Shown piece after piece: positions 28,767 to 39,088 of a stretch of 63,161 bases of DNA. This DNA is from Desulfobacteraceae bacterium. Its GTDB lineage: Bacteria > Desulfobacterota > Desulfobulbia > Desulfobulbales > Desulfobulbaceae. Position 1 is the stretch's first letter. The number at the start of each line of letters is the position of its first letter. A program made the translations under genes and the position numbers. The DNA is taken from positions 1 to 63,161 of the forward strand of contig DSAE01000177.1 of NCBI GenBank assembly GCA_011372855.1, in the 5' to 3' direction. The notes beneath the pieces were generated by a model that was not told the DNA's origin, did not search any database, and was given only the letters and a program-made list of their open reading frames with translations.

Positions 28767-29324
28767 ATGAATCCCGAATTTCTTCATTCCGATCAGTGCT
28801 GTCTCTATGTGGTGGATCCCCAGGAGAAGCTCATGGCCCACATTCATGAGGCGGACCGGGTCGTCTGCAATACGGCCCTGATGATCAGGCTGGCCGGGAT
28901 CCTGCATTTCCCGATATTTGCCAATACCCAATACAAGAAAGGGATCGGGCCGATTGTCCCGGAACTGGCATCCCTGCTCGAAGGTGTTCCCTGTCCGGAC
29001 AAGGTCTGTTTCAACGGCCTGGCCGATCCCGCCGTTCAGAAAGCGATCAGCGGTTTGCCCCCCTCCGTGGACACCCTCCTGCTTTGCGGGGTGGAAACCC
29101 ATATTTGTGTCTACCAGACTGCGATGGGAGCACTGCAGCGCGGTTACGGCGTCTGGGTGGTGGCCGATGCGGTGTCGTCACGGAGGCCGATCAATGACAG
29201 CCTCGGTCAGCAGCGGCTGCGCGACATGGGAGCGGTATTGGCCCCGGCGGAAATGATTGTCTACGAATTGCTGCAGCGGGCCGGCACCGATGCATTCAAG
29301 GCGATGCTGCCTTATTTGAAGTAA
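28767..29324 (+). CDS. Isochorismatase-family cysteine hydrolase
   Basis: LYVVDPQE (Asp), DKVCFNG (Lys) and GVETHICV (Cys) correspond to the family catalytic triad positions. Confidence 0.8.
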   Translation: MNPEFLHSDQCCLYVVDPQEKLMAHIHEADRVVCNTALMIRLAGILHFPIFANTQYKKGIGPIVPELASLLEGVPCPDKVCFNGLADPAVQKAISGLPPSVDTLLLCGVETHICVYQTAMGALQRGYGVWVVADAVSSRRPINDSLGQQRLRDMGAVLAPAEMIVYELLQRAGTDAFKAMLPYLK

Positions 29325-29427
29325 CTTTAGCTCCCGCAGCCGCAAGGTTGGGATTTATTTTTTTCCACCGGGCAGCCGGTCCCGGGGCCGTTCGTGCCGC
29401 CGGGAAAGGGACCGTGTTGCTTTTCAG

Positions 29428-29456
29428 TTGAAATTTTCCCCTAAAATCGCTAATAA
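29428..29456 (+). promoter_or_regulatory. Candidate sigma-70 promoter for alaS
   Basis: TTGAAA, a 17-nt spacer, then TAATAA, in an AT-rich stretch about 80 nt upstream of alaS. Confidence 0.35.
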
Positions 29457-29533
29457 AAAAAGTTTTACATGTATGTTACGTTTGGCTTCCCAGGCTGGAA
29501 GTCAGGGACATTCCTTTTTTGCACCCGATGGTT

Positions 29534-32185
29534 ATGACCGGAAACGAAATACGCGCCCGTTTTTTACAGTTTTTTGCCGCCAGGGGCCATGCCGTGGTCG
29601 ACGGCTCCCCGCTCGTGCCGCTCGACGACCCGACCCTGCTGTTCACCAACGCCGGCATGGTGCAGTTCAAGCGGGTGTTCATGGGCGAAGAACAGCGGGA
29701 CTATGTCCGGGCCGCGACCTGCCAGCGGTGCGTTCGGGCGGGCGGCAAGCATAACGATCTGGACAATGTCGGTCACACCGCCCGCCATCACACCTTTTTC
29801 GAGATGCTGGGCAATTTTTCCTTCGGTGATTATTTCAAGAAAGAGGCGATTGCCTTTGCCTGGGAATTTCTGACCGTGGAGATGGGTCTCGACCCGGAAA
29901 AGCTGTGGGTTTCCGTCTTCCGGGAGGATGACGAGGCCTATGAACTGTGGGAGGGTGTTGACAACCTGCCGCCCGGCCGGATCGTCCGCATGGGCGAGGA
30001 GGATAATTTCTGGGCCATGGGCGATACCGGTCCCTGCGGTCCCTGTTCGGAGATCCATATCGACCAGGGACCCGAGGTCGGCTGCGGCCGTTCCGACTGC
30101 GGCGTGGCCTGTGATTGCGACCGCTTCCTTGAGCTGTGGAACCTGGTGTTCATGCAGTTTTACCGGGACGAAAGCGGCGCCATGACCCCCCTGCCCAAAC
30201 CGTCCATCGATACGGGCATGGGACTCGAGCGGATCGCCGCGGTCATCCAGGGCAGGCGGAATAATTTCGAATCTGATCTCTTCCGGCCGCTGATTGACCG
30301 CATTGCCCTTCTTTCCGGCAAAACCTACGGTGCCGACGAGCAGGACAATGTCGCCATGCGGGTTATCGCCGATCATGCCCGGGCAGCAGCGTTTCTGGTC
30401 GCCGACGGCGTTCTGCCCTCCAATGAAGGACGGGGATACGTCCTGCGCCGGATCATGCGGCGGGCCATCCGCTTCGGCAGGTTCCTGGGGCTGAGCGACC
30501 GATTCTTTGCGGAAATCTGCCTGCTCGTCGTCGACATGATGCAGGCCAGTTACCCTCATCTGACCGGTGCCCGTGAACTGCTCGGCAAGGTGGCCGGCAA
30601 CGAGGAAGGCCGCTTCGGGGAGACCCTGGATCACGGACTGGCGATCCTTGCGGACGAAATCGACCGCCTGGGCAGAGAGCAGGACGCCTCCCCGGTGATT
30701 GACGGGGAGTTTATTTTCAAGCTCTACGATACCTACGGATTTCCGGTCGACATTGTCCGGGACGTGGCGCTGGAACGCGGCATCGGGGTGGACGAGGCGG
30801 GTTTTCAGAGGGCCATGGAGGTGCAGCGGGAACAGTCCAAGCGGTCCTGGAAGGGAAGCGATGTGGCCCATCTTCAGGAAGGGGTTGTTCAGCTTTTGCG
30901 GCAGGGGTTGGAAAGCGAGTTTGTCGGATATGCCCGGAAAACGGTCGATTCGATCGCCGCGGGGCTGGTGGATGGCGCCGGCCGGCTGGTTGACCGGGTC
31001 GAGGCGGGCGAACCGGTGCTGGTCTGCTGCCCCCGGACGGTTTTCTATTCCGAGGCGGGCGGTCAGGTGGGGGACAGCGGCATCATCACCGGCCCCCATG
31101 GCCGGATTGAAGTGGCCAACACCAAAAGGGTGGCCGACCGGATCGTGCTGCACGAAGGCAGGGTGATCGAGGGGTTCATCGCCCGGGGGGATGCGGTTGT
31201 CCTGACCGTCACCTCGGAGCGCCGGAACGATATCGCCCTCAACCATACCGCCACCCATCTTCTCCATGCCGCCATGAAAAAGATCCTCGGAGATCATATC
31301 AAGCAGGCGGGTTCCCTGGTTGAGGAAGAGCGGCTGCGCTTTGACTTTACCCATTTTTCTCCGCTGACCGGGGAGGAAATCAGGGCCGTTGAAGAAGCCG
31401 TCAATGCGAAGATCCGCGAAAACATTCCGGTGGCGACCGCCGTGCAATCCCGGGATCGGGCCGTAGCCGAGGGCGCCACCGCCCTGTTCGGCGAAAAATA
31501 CGGAGATGAGGTGCGGGTCGTTTCGGTGGGGGACTTCAGCAAGGAGTTGTGCGGCGGCACTCATGTCAAGGCGACGGGTGAGATCGGCTTTTTCAAGATC
31601 ATCGCCGAGACGGGCATAGCCGCAGGGGTGAGGAGAATCGAGGCTGTGACCGGAGCCCGGGCGGTGGCCTGGGTGCAGGACCTGGTCGACAGGAGCAACG
31701 AAGTTGCGGCCGCCCTTACCGCTCCGTTGCCGGCGGCCGCCGATAAAATCAGGTCTCTTCTGCGGCAGCAGAAGGAACTGGAGAAAAAGGTCGCCGGCCT
31801 CACCGCCCGGCTGGCCCTGGCGGATATGGATCAATTGTTGCAGCAGGCTGTTGTGGTCGACGGCGTTCGGGTCATTGCGGCCGAGTTGCCCCTTGATTCC
31901 CCCAAAACCCTGCGGGAAATCGGCGACCGCGTCCGGGACGCCATGGGCAGCGGGATCGCTGTTCTGGGGGGTGTTCTGGACGGCAAGGCCGCTCTGCTGG
32001 CGCTGGTCAGCAAAGACCTGACCGGCAGGATCAGGGCCGGGGAGGTGGTGAACGGTACCGCCAGGATCGTCGGTGGCAAAGGGGGCGGGCGTCCCGACAT
32101 GGCCCAGGCCGGCGGTCCGAGAGGCGACAAAGTATCCGAGGCGATCAGGCGGGTGCCGGAAGTGGTCCGGCAGATCCTGCAATGA
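29534..32185 (+). CDS. alaS: Alanine--tRNA ligase
   Basis: MTGNEIRARFLQFF..., FTNAGMVQFK, HHTFFEMLGNFSFGDYFK, HTATHLLH editing motif and a C-terminal DHHA1 region. ATG 29528 is also possible as start. Confidence 0.95.
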   Translation: MTGNEIRARFLQFFAARGHAVVDGSPLVPLDDPTLLFTNAGMVQFKRVFMGEEQRDYVRAATCQRCVRAGGKHNDLDNVGHTARHHTFFEMLGNFSFGDYFKKEAIAFAWEFLTVEMGLDPEKLWVSVFREDDEAYELWEGVDNLPPGRIVRMGEEDNFWAMGDTGPCGPCSEIHIDQGPEVGCGRSDCGVACDCDRFLELWNLVFMQFYRDESGAMTPLPKPSIDTGMGLERIAAVIQGRRNNFESDLFRPLIDRIALLSGKTYGADEQDNVAMRVIADHARAAAFLVADGVLPSNEGRGYVLRRIMRRAIRFGRFLGLSDRFFAEICLLVVDMMQASYPHLTGARELLGKVAGNEEGRFGETLDHGLAILADEIDRLGREQDASPVIDGEFIFKLYDTYGFPVDIVRDVALERGIGVDEAGFQRAMEVQREQSKRSWKGSDVAHLQEGVVQLLRQGLESEFVGYARKTVDSIAAGLVDGAGRLVDRVEAGEPVLVCCPRTVFYSEAGGQVGDSGIITGPHGRIEVANTKRVADRIVLHEGRVIEGFIARGDAVVLTVTSERRNDIALNHTATHLLHAAMKKILGDHIKQAGSLVEEERLRFDFTHFSPLTGEEIRAVEEAVNAKIRENIPVATAVQSRDRAVAEGATALFGEKYGDEVRVVSVGDFSKELCGGTHVKATGEIGFFKIIAETGIAAGVRRIEAVTGARAVAWVQDLVDRSNEVAAALTAPLPAAADKIRSLLRQQKELEKKVAGLTARLALADMDQLLQQAVVVDGVRVIAAELPLDSPKTLREIGDRVRDAMGSGIAVLGGVLDGKAALLALVSKDLTGRIRAGEVVNGTARIVGGKGGGRPDMAQAGGPRGDKVSEAIRRVPEVVRQILQ

Positions 32186-32217
32186 AAAGCGTTTCCCGAA
32201 AGCGGGGTTGAAAAGGC

Positions 32218-33483
32218 ATGCATGCCGGAACGGAACAGCACAGAATAGTCATCACAGGGGTCGGCCTCGCCGCTCCGAACGCTTCGAATCTGCCTGAATT
32301 CAGGACCAAACTTCTGGAGGGACGGAGCGAAATCAGGATGATCGAGCTGCGATATATGCAGCCTTCTCCGGCCGGAGTATGCACGTTTGATGAAACGAAA
32401 TACCGCAGGAAAAGGGAGAACAAGCGCGGCACCAGGGCCGGGTGCATCGGGGTTTACTGCGCCAATGAGGCCCTGATTGACGCGGGAATCGATTTCTCCG
32501 GCTACGACAGGGCCAGGACCGGAGTATACATAGGGCTGACGGAACACGGAACCGTTGAGACCGAAAACGAGGTCTACAATATCAGCCAGTACGGCTACAA
32601 TATCGATTACTGGACCCATCATCATAATCCCCGCACCGTCCTCAATAACCCCGCCGGCGAAATCACCATGAACCTGGGGATCACCGGGCCGCATTATTCA
32701 GTGGGAGCGGCCTGCGCCGCCGGCAATGCCGCCCTGATCCAGGGGGTGCAGATGTTCAGGCTCGGGGAAGTGGACCTGGCGATGTGCGGCGGCATCTCCG
32801 AGTGTGTCGGCTCCTTCGGCATTTTTGCGAGCTTCCGCGCCCAGGGGGCCCTGGCCGAACATCATGATCCCGCCAGGGCCAGCCGTCCCTTCGATGCCGC
32901 CCGCAACGGTATTGTCATTTCCGAGGGCGGCTGCGTCTTCATCCTGGAGCGCCTGGACAGGGCGTTGGCCCGCGGCGCCAAGATTTACGGGGAAATTACG
33001 GGATACGCCATGAATTCCGATGCCCGAGATTTTGTTCTCCCTTACGGGGAGCGCCAGGCCCAATGCATGGAGCTGGCCCTGCGGCGGGCGGGCCTGGCCC
33101 CAGGTCAGGTGACGATCATCAATACCCATGCCACCGGGACCAGGCAGGGTGACGTGGAAGAGTGCAGGGCGATCAGGCAGGTATTCGGCGAGTCGGTCCC
33201 TCCCTGGATCAACAATACCAAGTCCAATATCGGCCATGCCATGGGTGCGGCCGGCGTCCTCGAGCTGGCGGGCAATCTGCCCTCATTTGTTGACAACATG
33301 GTCCATCCGACTATAAATTTGGATCAGCCCGATCCGGAGTGCGCTCTTGCCGGTCTGGTGGTCGATGCGCCGAAACAGCTTGACAGGGTTGATGTGATTT
33401 TGAATAACTCCTTCGGCATGGTCGGCATAAATTCCGTGGTTATCGTCGAACGGTATGCCCACGACCGGAGACAAGCGTCATAG
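32218..33483 (+). CDS. Beta-ketoacyl-ACP synthase, KAS I/II (FabF/FabB-like) type
   Basis: Cys-His-His active-site blocks: VGAACAAGNAAL, NTHATGT, NIGHAMGAAG. Starts 32 nt after the alaS stop. Confidence 0.9.
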   Translation: MHAGTEQHRIVITGVGLAAPNASNLPEFRTKLLEGRSEIRMIELRYMQPSPAGVCTFDETKYRRKRENKRGTRAGCIGVYCANEALIDAGIDFSGYDRARTGVYIGLTEHGTVETENEVYNISQYGYNIDYWTHHHNPRTVLNNPAGEITMNLGITGPHYSVGAACAAGNAALIQGVQMFRLGEVDLAMCGGISECVGSFGIFASFRAQGALAEHHDPARASRPFDAARNGIVISEGGCVFILERLDRALARGAKIYGEITGYAMNSDARDFVLPYGERQAQCMELALRRAGLAPGQVTIINTHATGTRQGDVEECRAIRQVFGESVPPWINNTKSNIGHAMGAAGVLELAGNLPSFVDNMVHPTINLDQPDPECALAGLVVDAPKQLDRVDVILNNSFGMVGINSVVIVERYAHDRRQAS

Positions 33484-33545
33484 CCGGAGAAACCGGACGC
33501 TGCAATCCATTATTCACTGTATGGAGTGAGAGATAGAGGAAGAGT

Positions 33546-33797
33546 ATGACCAGGAACGAGATCAAAAACGTCATTTTGGAAATTATTGAAGATATAGACG
33601 AGGAAGCGGATTTTGACAGCCTGGAGGCGGACAAGCCGCTCCGGGACCAGCTGGATCTCGATTCCATGGACTTCCTGGATATCGTCATGGAACTGCGCAA
33701 ACGATACAAGCTGCAGATCCCGGAAGAGGAGTACCCCGAACTGTCCACCCTGAACAGTTGCGTCAATTATCTTGAACCGAAGCTCAAAGACTTTTGA
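33546..33797 (+). CDS. Acyl carrier protein (non-canonical, cluster-dedicated)
   Basis: 83 aa and acidic, with the phosphopantetheine site LDLDSMDFLDIVMEL. It differs from housekeeping AcpP sequences. Confidence 0.85.
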   Translation: MTRNEIKNVILEIIEDIDEEADFDSLEADKPLRDQLDLDSMDFLDIVMELRKRYKLQIPEEEYPELSTLNSCVNYLEPKLKDF

Positions 33798-33912
33798 AAT
33801 ACGGTAAAACTGTCTCTCTCCCCCCTGCTTCGTTCGCTGTACCGCCGGCCGGACCGGGGGGCCTCCCGCAGGTATTTCGTTGTGCCCGATCAGCCGCCGG
33901 CAGCCTGAGCCC

Positions 33913-35295
33913 ATGGCTGATTATCAGCTGATCATCATCGGCGCCGGCCTCTCCGGTCTTGCCGCCGGCATCCGGGCGGCCCGCTTCGGCCTCAAGGTGT
34001 TGATCGTCGAACAGCACTGGCAGCCCGGGGGCCTCAATTCCTTTTACTTCCGTCAGGGACATCTCCTTGAAACCGGCCTGCACGCAATGACCAATTACGC
34101 TCCGCCGGAAGAAAAACGCGCCCCGTTGAACAGGCTGTTCCGGCAGCTGCGCCTGTCCCGCCGATCTTTCCGGACCCATGAGCAGATCTGCTCGGAGATC
34201 GTCTTTCCGGACCGTACACTCAGATTCTCCAATGATCCCGATCTGTTGACCGAGGATATCTCCCGGGAGTTCCCTGGGGCGGCGGACGGTTTTCGCCGGC
34301 TGCTGGACATGGTCAGGGACTATGATCCCTTTGCCCCGGCCCCGTGGCGCTCGGCCCGCCGGTTTCTCGACGGGGTCCTGCCCGACGGCCGGCTGGCGGA
34401 CATGCTCCTGCTGCCCCTCATGGTGTACGGCAACAGCGAGGAAGAGGACATGGACCTCGGCCAGTTCGTCATCATGTTCCGGGCGCTTTTTCTTGAGGGT
34501 CTGTTCCGCCCGGCGGAAACGATCAAGGAATTTCTTGACATGCTGGTCGACCATTACACGGCTTTCGGCGGGGAAATACGCTTCCGGGCGGGAGTGAAAA
34601 GGATTCTGCGCCGCGGCGACAGGGTTGACGGCGTCGTGCTGCACAATGGCGAACGGATCACCGCCGGAAGCGTCCTGTCAACCGCCGGCATTCCGGCAAC
34701 GGCCGACCTTGCGGACTGGGACATTGACAGGAGCGCCTACCGGGGAAAAATGAGCTTCATGGAAACGATCTACCTGCTGCCCCTGCGGCGCGGGGCCTCC
34801 ATCAGGAACGACCGCACCATCATTTTTTTCAACCACGGGGAACACTTCGCCTACCGCTGCCCCGGCGAAGCGTTGGAAACGTCCTGGGGGGTGATCTGCT
34901 TCCCGGGGAATTTCAAAGGGCTGCCCGGGACCGATCCCTTTCAGGTCAGGGTGACCAATGCCGCCAACTACGAGGTGTGGAAAGCGGCGGCGCCGGGGGA
35001 ATACGAAATGATGAAGGAACGGTGGCGGGAGCGGTCCGCCGACCAGGTCGGGAAAATTATTGGGAATTTCCGGCAGGATGTAGTATATGTTGACAGTTTT
35101 ACCCCGATGACCATTGAACGGTTTACCGCCAAGGCCGGGGGAGCCGTGTACGGAAGCCCGGTGAAGTTGAAGGACGGACGCACCCATTGCGCCAATCTCT
35201 TTATCGCCGGCACCGACCAGGGGTATCTCGGGATTGTCGGCGCCATGCTTTCCGGCGTCACCATCATCAACCGGCACCTGCTGCGGCAGGAGTGA
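33913..35295 (+). CDS. FAD/NAD(P)-dependent oxidoreductase, phytoene desaturase (CrtI) family, copy 1
   Basis: N-terminal dinucleotide fold [37 protein letters not shown]. About 460 aa with a C-terminal [16 protein letters not shown] block typical of the amine-oxidase/CrtI fold. Confidence 0.8.
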   Translation: MADYQLIIIGAGLSGLAAGIRAARFGLKVLIVEQHWQPGGLNSFYFRQGHLLETGLHAMTNYAPPEEKRAPLNRLFRQLRLSRRSFRTHEQICSEIVFPDRTLRFSNDPDLLTEDISREFPGAADGFRRLLDMVRDYDPFAPAPWRSARRFLDGVLPDGRLADMLLLPLMVYGNSEEEDMDLGQFVIMFRALFLEGLFRPAETIKEFLDMLVDHYTAFGGEIRFRAGVKRILRRGDRVDGVVLHNGERITAGSVLSTAGIPATADLADWDIDRSAYRGKMSFMETIYLLPLRRGASIRNDRTIIFFNHGEHFAYRCPGEALETSWGVICFPGNFKGLPGTDPFQVRVTNAANYEVWKAAAPGEYEMMKERWRERSADQVGKIIGNFRQDVVYVDSFTPMTIERFTAKAGGAVYGSPVKLKDGRTHCANLFIAGTDQGYLGIVGAMLSGVTIINRHLLRQE

Positions 35296-35350
35296 GGGCA
35301 GCGACGACCTCGACCCGGCTTATACAGTGAACATTCCTACCGCGTTGGCA

Positions 35351-36757
35351 ATGGATAGAACATCTCCCGATGGGATCAGCGACCATTATGACGTCATAGT
35401 CGTCGGCTCGGGGCTGGGCGGCCTGACCTGCGCCAACCGCCTGGCCTGCGCCGGTCACTCGGTCCTGCTCCTCGAGCACCATTCCCGCCTGGGCGGACTG
35501 GCTACCTGGTTCAGGAGAAAAGGACACATTTTCGACGTTTCCCTGCACGGCTTCCCCTTCGGCATGGTGAAGACCTGCAAAAAATACTGGAACAGGGCGA
35601 TTCGCGACTCCATCGTCCAACTGAAGAATATTGTCTTCGACAACCCCCAGTTTTCCCTGACCACAACCTTCAGCCGGGATGATTTCACCCGCATCCTCCA
35701 GGAAAAATTTGCTGTTTCCCGTTCCACGGTGGAAGATTTTTTCGACACCGTCGGCAGGATGAATTTTTACGACGACCGGACCATGACCACCAGGGAGCTG
35801 TTTGCCTGGTTTTTCCCCGGCCGTTCCGATGTCCACCGTCTGCTGATGGAGCCCATCACCTATGCCAACGGCTCGACCCTCGACGACCCCGCCATTACGT
35901 ACGGCATCGTCTTTTCCAATTTCATGAGCAGGGGCGTGTTTACCTTTCAGGGCGGGACCGACAGACTGATCGGCCTGATGGCCGACGAGCTGCGGCAAAA
36001 CGGGGTGACGATCCGCACCGGCGCCCGGGTGGACCGGATTGTCGTCGAACAGGGGCAGGCAAAAGGGGTGGTGACCGGCGGCCGGTTCATCGCCGCCTCG
36101 GCGGTGGTCTCAAACAGCGGTATTACCAATACGGTGAACAACCTCGCCGGCCGGGATGCTTTTTCCCGGCAGTTTCTCGACAAATTTGATGCGGTGAAGG
36201 TCAACAATTCGAGCTGCCAGGTCTATTTCGGCATCCGCCGGGGCGAATCGATTCCCGATATCGGGGACCTGCTGTTCACCTCGACGGCGGAGGAATTTTC
36301 CTCAGAGGAGATGCTCGACATGGAAACGAAAAGCAGGACCTTCTCCGTCTATTATCCCAAGACGCGTCCCGACCGTCCTGATTTTACGGTTGTGGCCTCG
36401 ATGAACGCCAACTATGACGATTGGGCCGGGCTGGACGAGGAGGCGTACCGGGAGGCCAAGGCCGCCATGATCGAACGCTGCTTCACCGATCTGGAACGCT
36501 ATGTTCCCGGGATCAGAGGGAGGGTTGACTGGGTCGAGGCGGCGACTCCCCGGACCTTCAACCGCTACACGCTGCATACCAAGGGAACCTCCTTCGGCAC
36601 CAAGTTTGAAGGGCTCGATATCTCGCGTTCCCTGTTCAAGGAAGTACAGGGACTGTTTCATGTCGGTTCGGTGGGCATCATCATGAGCGGTTGGCTGGGG
36701 GCGATCAATTACGGCGTCATCGTCGCCAATGATGTGGACGGCCTCCTGCGGAGCTGA
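35351..36757 (+). CDS. FAD/NAD(P)-dependent oxidoreductase, phytoene desaturase (CrtI) family, copy 2
   Basis: [37 protein letters not shown], about 468 aa, with C-terminal [18 protein letters not shown]. Start set at ATG 35351 to avoid overlap with copy 1. Confidence 0.8.
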   Translation: MDRTSPDGISDHYDVIVVGSGLGGLTCANRLACAGHSVLLLEHHSRLGGLATWFRRKGHIFDVSLHGFPFGMVKTCKKYWNRAIRDSIVQLKNIVFDNPQFSLTTTFSRDDFTRILQEKFAVSRSTVEDFFDTVGRMNFYDDRTMTTRELFAWFFPGRSDVHRLLMEPITYANGSTLDDPAITYGIVFSNFMSRGVFTFQGGTDRLIGLMADELRQNGVTIRTGARVDRIVVEQGQAKGVVTGGRFIAASAVVSNSGITNTVNNLAGRDAFSRQFLDKFDAVKVNNSSCQVYFGIRRGESIPDIGDLLFTSTAEEFSSEEMLDMETKSRTFSVYYPKTRPDRPDFTVVASMNANYDDWAGLDEEAYREAKAAMIERCFTDLERYVPGIRGRVDWVEAATPRTFNRYTLHTKGTSFGTKFEGLDISRSLFKEVQGLFHVGSVGIIMSGWLGAINYGVIVANDVDGLLRS

Positions 36758-36764
36758 TATTGCC

Positions 36765-37505
36765 ATGAAAGATTTCCAGGGACAGAAAGCGGTCGTAACC
36801 GGAGCCACAAGGGGGATAGGGAAAGCCATAGCATCGGCCCTGCTTCGGCGGGGGGCGACGGTCATCGGCATCTACGGTTCTGACGGGGAGGCCGCCCAGG
36901 GCTTCCTGGAGGAAAGCGGGGAGGTGTCAGGCCGCCTGTTGCTGTACCAATGCGACGTCAGCAGCTACGGGGCGGTCGAAGCCCTGTACGGAAAAATCGA
37001 AGAGCGGTTCGAGACCATCGACATCCTGGTGAACAACGCCGGAATCAGGCGGGACGGGGTTCTGGCCATGATGCCCGAGGAAGACTGGCGGCGGGTGGTC
37101 GACGTCAACCTGACCGGCGGCTATATCATGTCCAAGTTCGGGGTCCGGCTCATGCTCAAGCAGCGCTACGGCCGCATCATTTTCATCACTTCGCCCATGG
37201 CCCATCTGGGCTTTGCCGGGCAGTCGAACTATGCCGCCTCCAAGGCGGGCCAGATCGGGATGATGAAGGCCCTGTCGCGGGAAACCGCCAAACGGAATAT
37301 CACGGTCAACTGCATTTCTCCCGGCTTCATCGAAACCGAACTGCTGGATGATCTGCCCGAGAACCTGGTCAGGGAGTACAGAAACATGGTCCCGCTCAGG
37401 CGGTTCGGCAAACCCGAGGAGGTGGCCGAGGCGGTGCTCTTCCTGGCCGGGCGGCAGGCGACGTATGTCACCGGCGCGGTGCTGGAAGTGACCGGAGGGA
37501 TATGA
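36765..37505 (+). CDS. 3-oxoacyl-ACP reductase (FabG-like SDR)
   Basis: AVVTGATRGIGKAIA, NNAGI and the YAASKAG catalytic Tyr-Lys. 246 aa. Confidence 0.9.
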   Translation: MKDFQGQKAVVTGATRGIGKAIASALLRRGATVIGIYGSDGEAAQGFLEESGEVSGRLLLYQCDVSSYGAVEALYGKIEERFETIDILVNNAGIRRDGVLAMMPEEDWRRVVDVNLTGGYIMSKFGVRLMLKQRYGRIIFITSPMAHLGFAGQSNYAASKAGQIGMMKALSRETAKRNITVNCISPGFIETELLDDLPENLVREYRNMVPLRRFGKPEEVAEAVLFLAGRQATYVTGAVLEVTGGI

Positions 37506-37957
37506 TGGACGGGCAAGGGGAGCGCTACATTTACGACCGCATCCCCCATCGGCCGCCCTTTCTGTGGCTGGACCGGGTGCTGGAAATCACCCCTGATGCG
37601 ATCAGGGCGGAAAAAACGATACCCGCCGACCTCGACCTGTTCCGGGGGCATTACCCCCACCATCCCCTCATGCCCGGGGTCCTCCTGTGCGAGGCCGTTT
37701 TCCAGGCCGGGGCGGTTCTGCTTGCCGAGCGGGAACAAACCGGGGAGGGCGCCATGCCGGTCCTGACCAGGATAACGGCGGCGCGGTTCAAAAGGGAGGT
37801 CCCTCCCGGGGCAACCATGGTCATCACCGCCAGGCTCGTCGAGCGCGTGGGCCCGGCCTGGTTCCTGAAGGGATCGGTCCGGGTCGGGGACAGAACGGCG
37901 CTGCAGGTCGAGTTTGCCTGCGCCGTCAAGGAAGAAAGGGGCAAGGGAAGCCGATGA
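37502..37957 (+). CDS. 3-hydroxyacyl-ACP dehydratase (FabZ-like hot-dog fold)
   Basis: [13 protein letters not shown] and [22 protein letters not shown] match the FabZ catalytic His and motif. ATGA overlap with the upstream gene. Confidence 0.8.
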   Translation: MMDGQGERYIYDRIPHRPPFLWLDRVLEITPDAIRAEKTIPADLDLFRGHYPHHPLMPGVLLCEAVFQAGAVLLAEREQTGEGAMPVLTRITAARFKREVPPGATMVITARLVERVGPAWFLKGSVRVGDRTALQVEFACAVKEERGKGSR

Positions 37958-38754
37958 GCTTTCTTGGACTCGAGGGCAAAAAAATTGTCGTCTTCGGCCT
38001 CGCCAACCGGAAATCCGTGGCCTGCGCGGTCGGCCGGGTGCTGGACGAGGTCGGGGCCGAGGTGATTCACGTGGTCCGCAGCCCGCAGCGGGAGGAGGCG
38101 GCCCGGAAGCTGTTCCCGCGCTCGCCCGTCTACACCTGTGATGTGGAGAATGAGCGCAACATCGTCCGGGTCCGGGATGCGATTGCCGCCGACGGCCATG
38201 GATCGATCAGCGGCATTGTCCATTCCATCGCCTATGCCAATTATTCTGAAGGGTTGAAGCCCTTTCACGAGACCCTGAAGAAGGATTTCCTGCAGGCCGT
38301 GGACATCTCCTGTTTTTCGCTGATCGCCATCAGCAATCATTTCCGCGACCTGCTCGAGGAACATGCCTCGGTCGTCACCATTTCCATTTCCACCACCAGG
38401 ATGGCCGCGGAAAATTACGGGTACATGGCCCCGGTCAAGGCGGCCCTGGAATCGTCTCTCTGTTTTCTGGCCAAAAGTTTTTCCGCTTTTTCCCAAGTCC
38501 GCTTCAACGCGGTCTGTCCGGGGCTGCTGAAGACATCCGCCTCCGCCGGCATCCCAGGCTACGTGGACAGCTACCTGTTTGCGGAACAGGCCATTCCCCG
38601 GAAAAAGGCTCTTCAGTCCAGGGAGGCAGCCGATGTCGCCGCATTTCTCCTGTCCGGGCGGTCGTCGGGCATCAACGGCCAGTGTCTCGTGGTTGACGCC
38701 GGCATGGGATTCAATTACTTTGACCGGCAGATTGTGGCCGGCGTCGTCGGCTGA
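37954..38754 (+). CDS. Enoyl-ACP reductase (FabI-like SDR)
   Basis: [30 protein letters not shown] and [14 protein letters not shown] align block-for-block with the E. coli FabI blocks VHSIGFA and NYNVMGLAKASLEA. ATGA overlap with the upstream gene. Confidence 0.8.
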   Translation: MSFLGLEGKKIVVFGLANRKSVACAVGRVLDEVGAEVIHVVRSPQREEAARKLFPRSPVYTCDVENERNIVRVRDAIAADGHGSISGIVHSIAYANYSEGLKPFHETLKKDFLQAVDISCFSLIAISNHFRDLLEEHASVVTISISTTRMAAENYGYMAPVKAALESSLCFLAKSFSAFSQVRFNAVCPGLLKTSASAGIPGYVDSYLFAEQAIPRKKALQSREAADVAAFLLSGRSSGINGQCLVVDAGMGFNYFDRQIVAGVVG

Positions 38755-38833
38755 CCGGAACGGCGGCCGTATTCCGGTACAAGTGGAACCGGGTGTGAAG
38801 CGGAGCGGGAACATTATCCGTCATATCGGGGGA

Positions 38834-39031
38834 ATGATCCGGCGGACCATCGCCGTTTTTCTCTCCAGGGAGACTCCCCTGTATGTCAAGGCGCTGCTGG
38901 CCGCCGGTCTGCTCTACGCGCTGTCGCCCTACGACCTGATTCCCGACTGGATCCCGGTGGCCGGCCTCATGGACGATCTGGCCCTTGCCGCCCTGCTGAT
39001 CAGCTGGGCCTCGGGCTACAGACCGTCCTGA
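38834..39031 (+). CDS. DUF1232 (YkvA-like) small membrane protein
   Basis: YALSPYDLIPDWIPVAGLMDDLALAALL is the DUF1232 signature. The start may lie further upstream (GTG about 38796). Confidence 0.55.
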   Translation: MIRRTIAVFLSRETPLYVKALLAAGLLYALSPYDLIPDWIPVAGLMDDLALAALLISWASGYRPS

Positions 39032-39088
39032 TCCGGGGTCAAGGTTGCCGAACCTCTACAATTAAGACTTTTCCCGGTTATCTTGTTC

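Noticed and set aside
29564-32182. 872-aa ORF on the minus strand spanning all of alaS
   Set aside because: It is an antisense shadow ORF of a GC-rich gene. The translation is Gly/Pro/Arg/Ala-rich low-complexity sequence with no motifs, whereas the plus-strand frame is an unmistakable AlaRS.
37687-37953. Upstream 89-codon extension of the FabI-like ORF (track ORF 37687-38754)
   Set aside because: The extension is Arg/Gly-rich and overlaps the FabZ-like gene in another frame. The ATG at 37954 gives an N-terminus that aligns with FabI and forms an ATGA junction.
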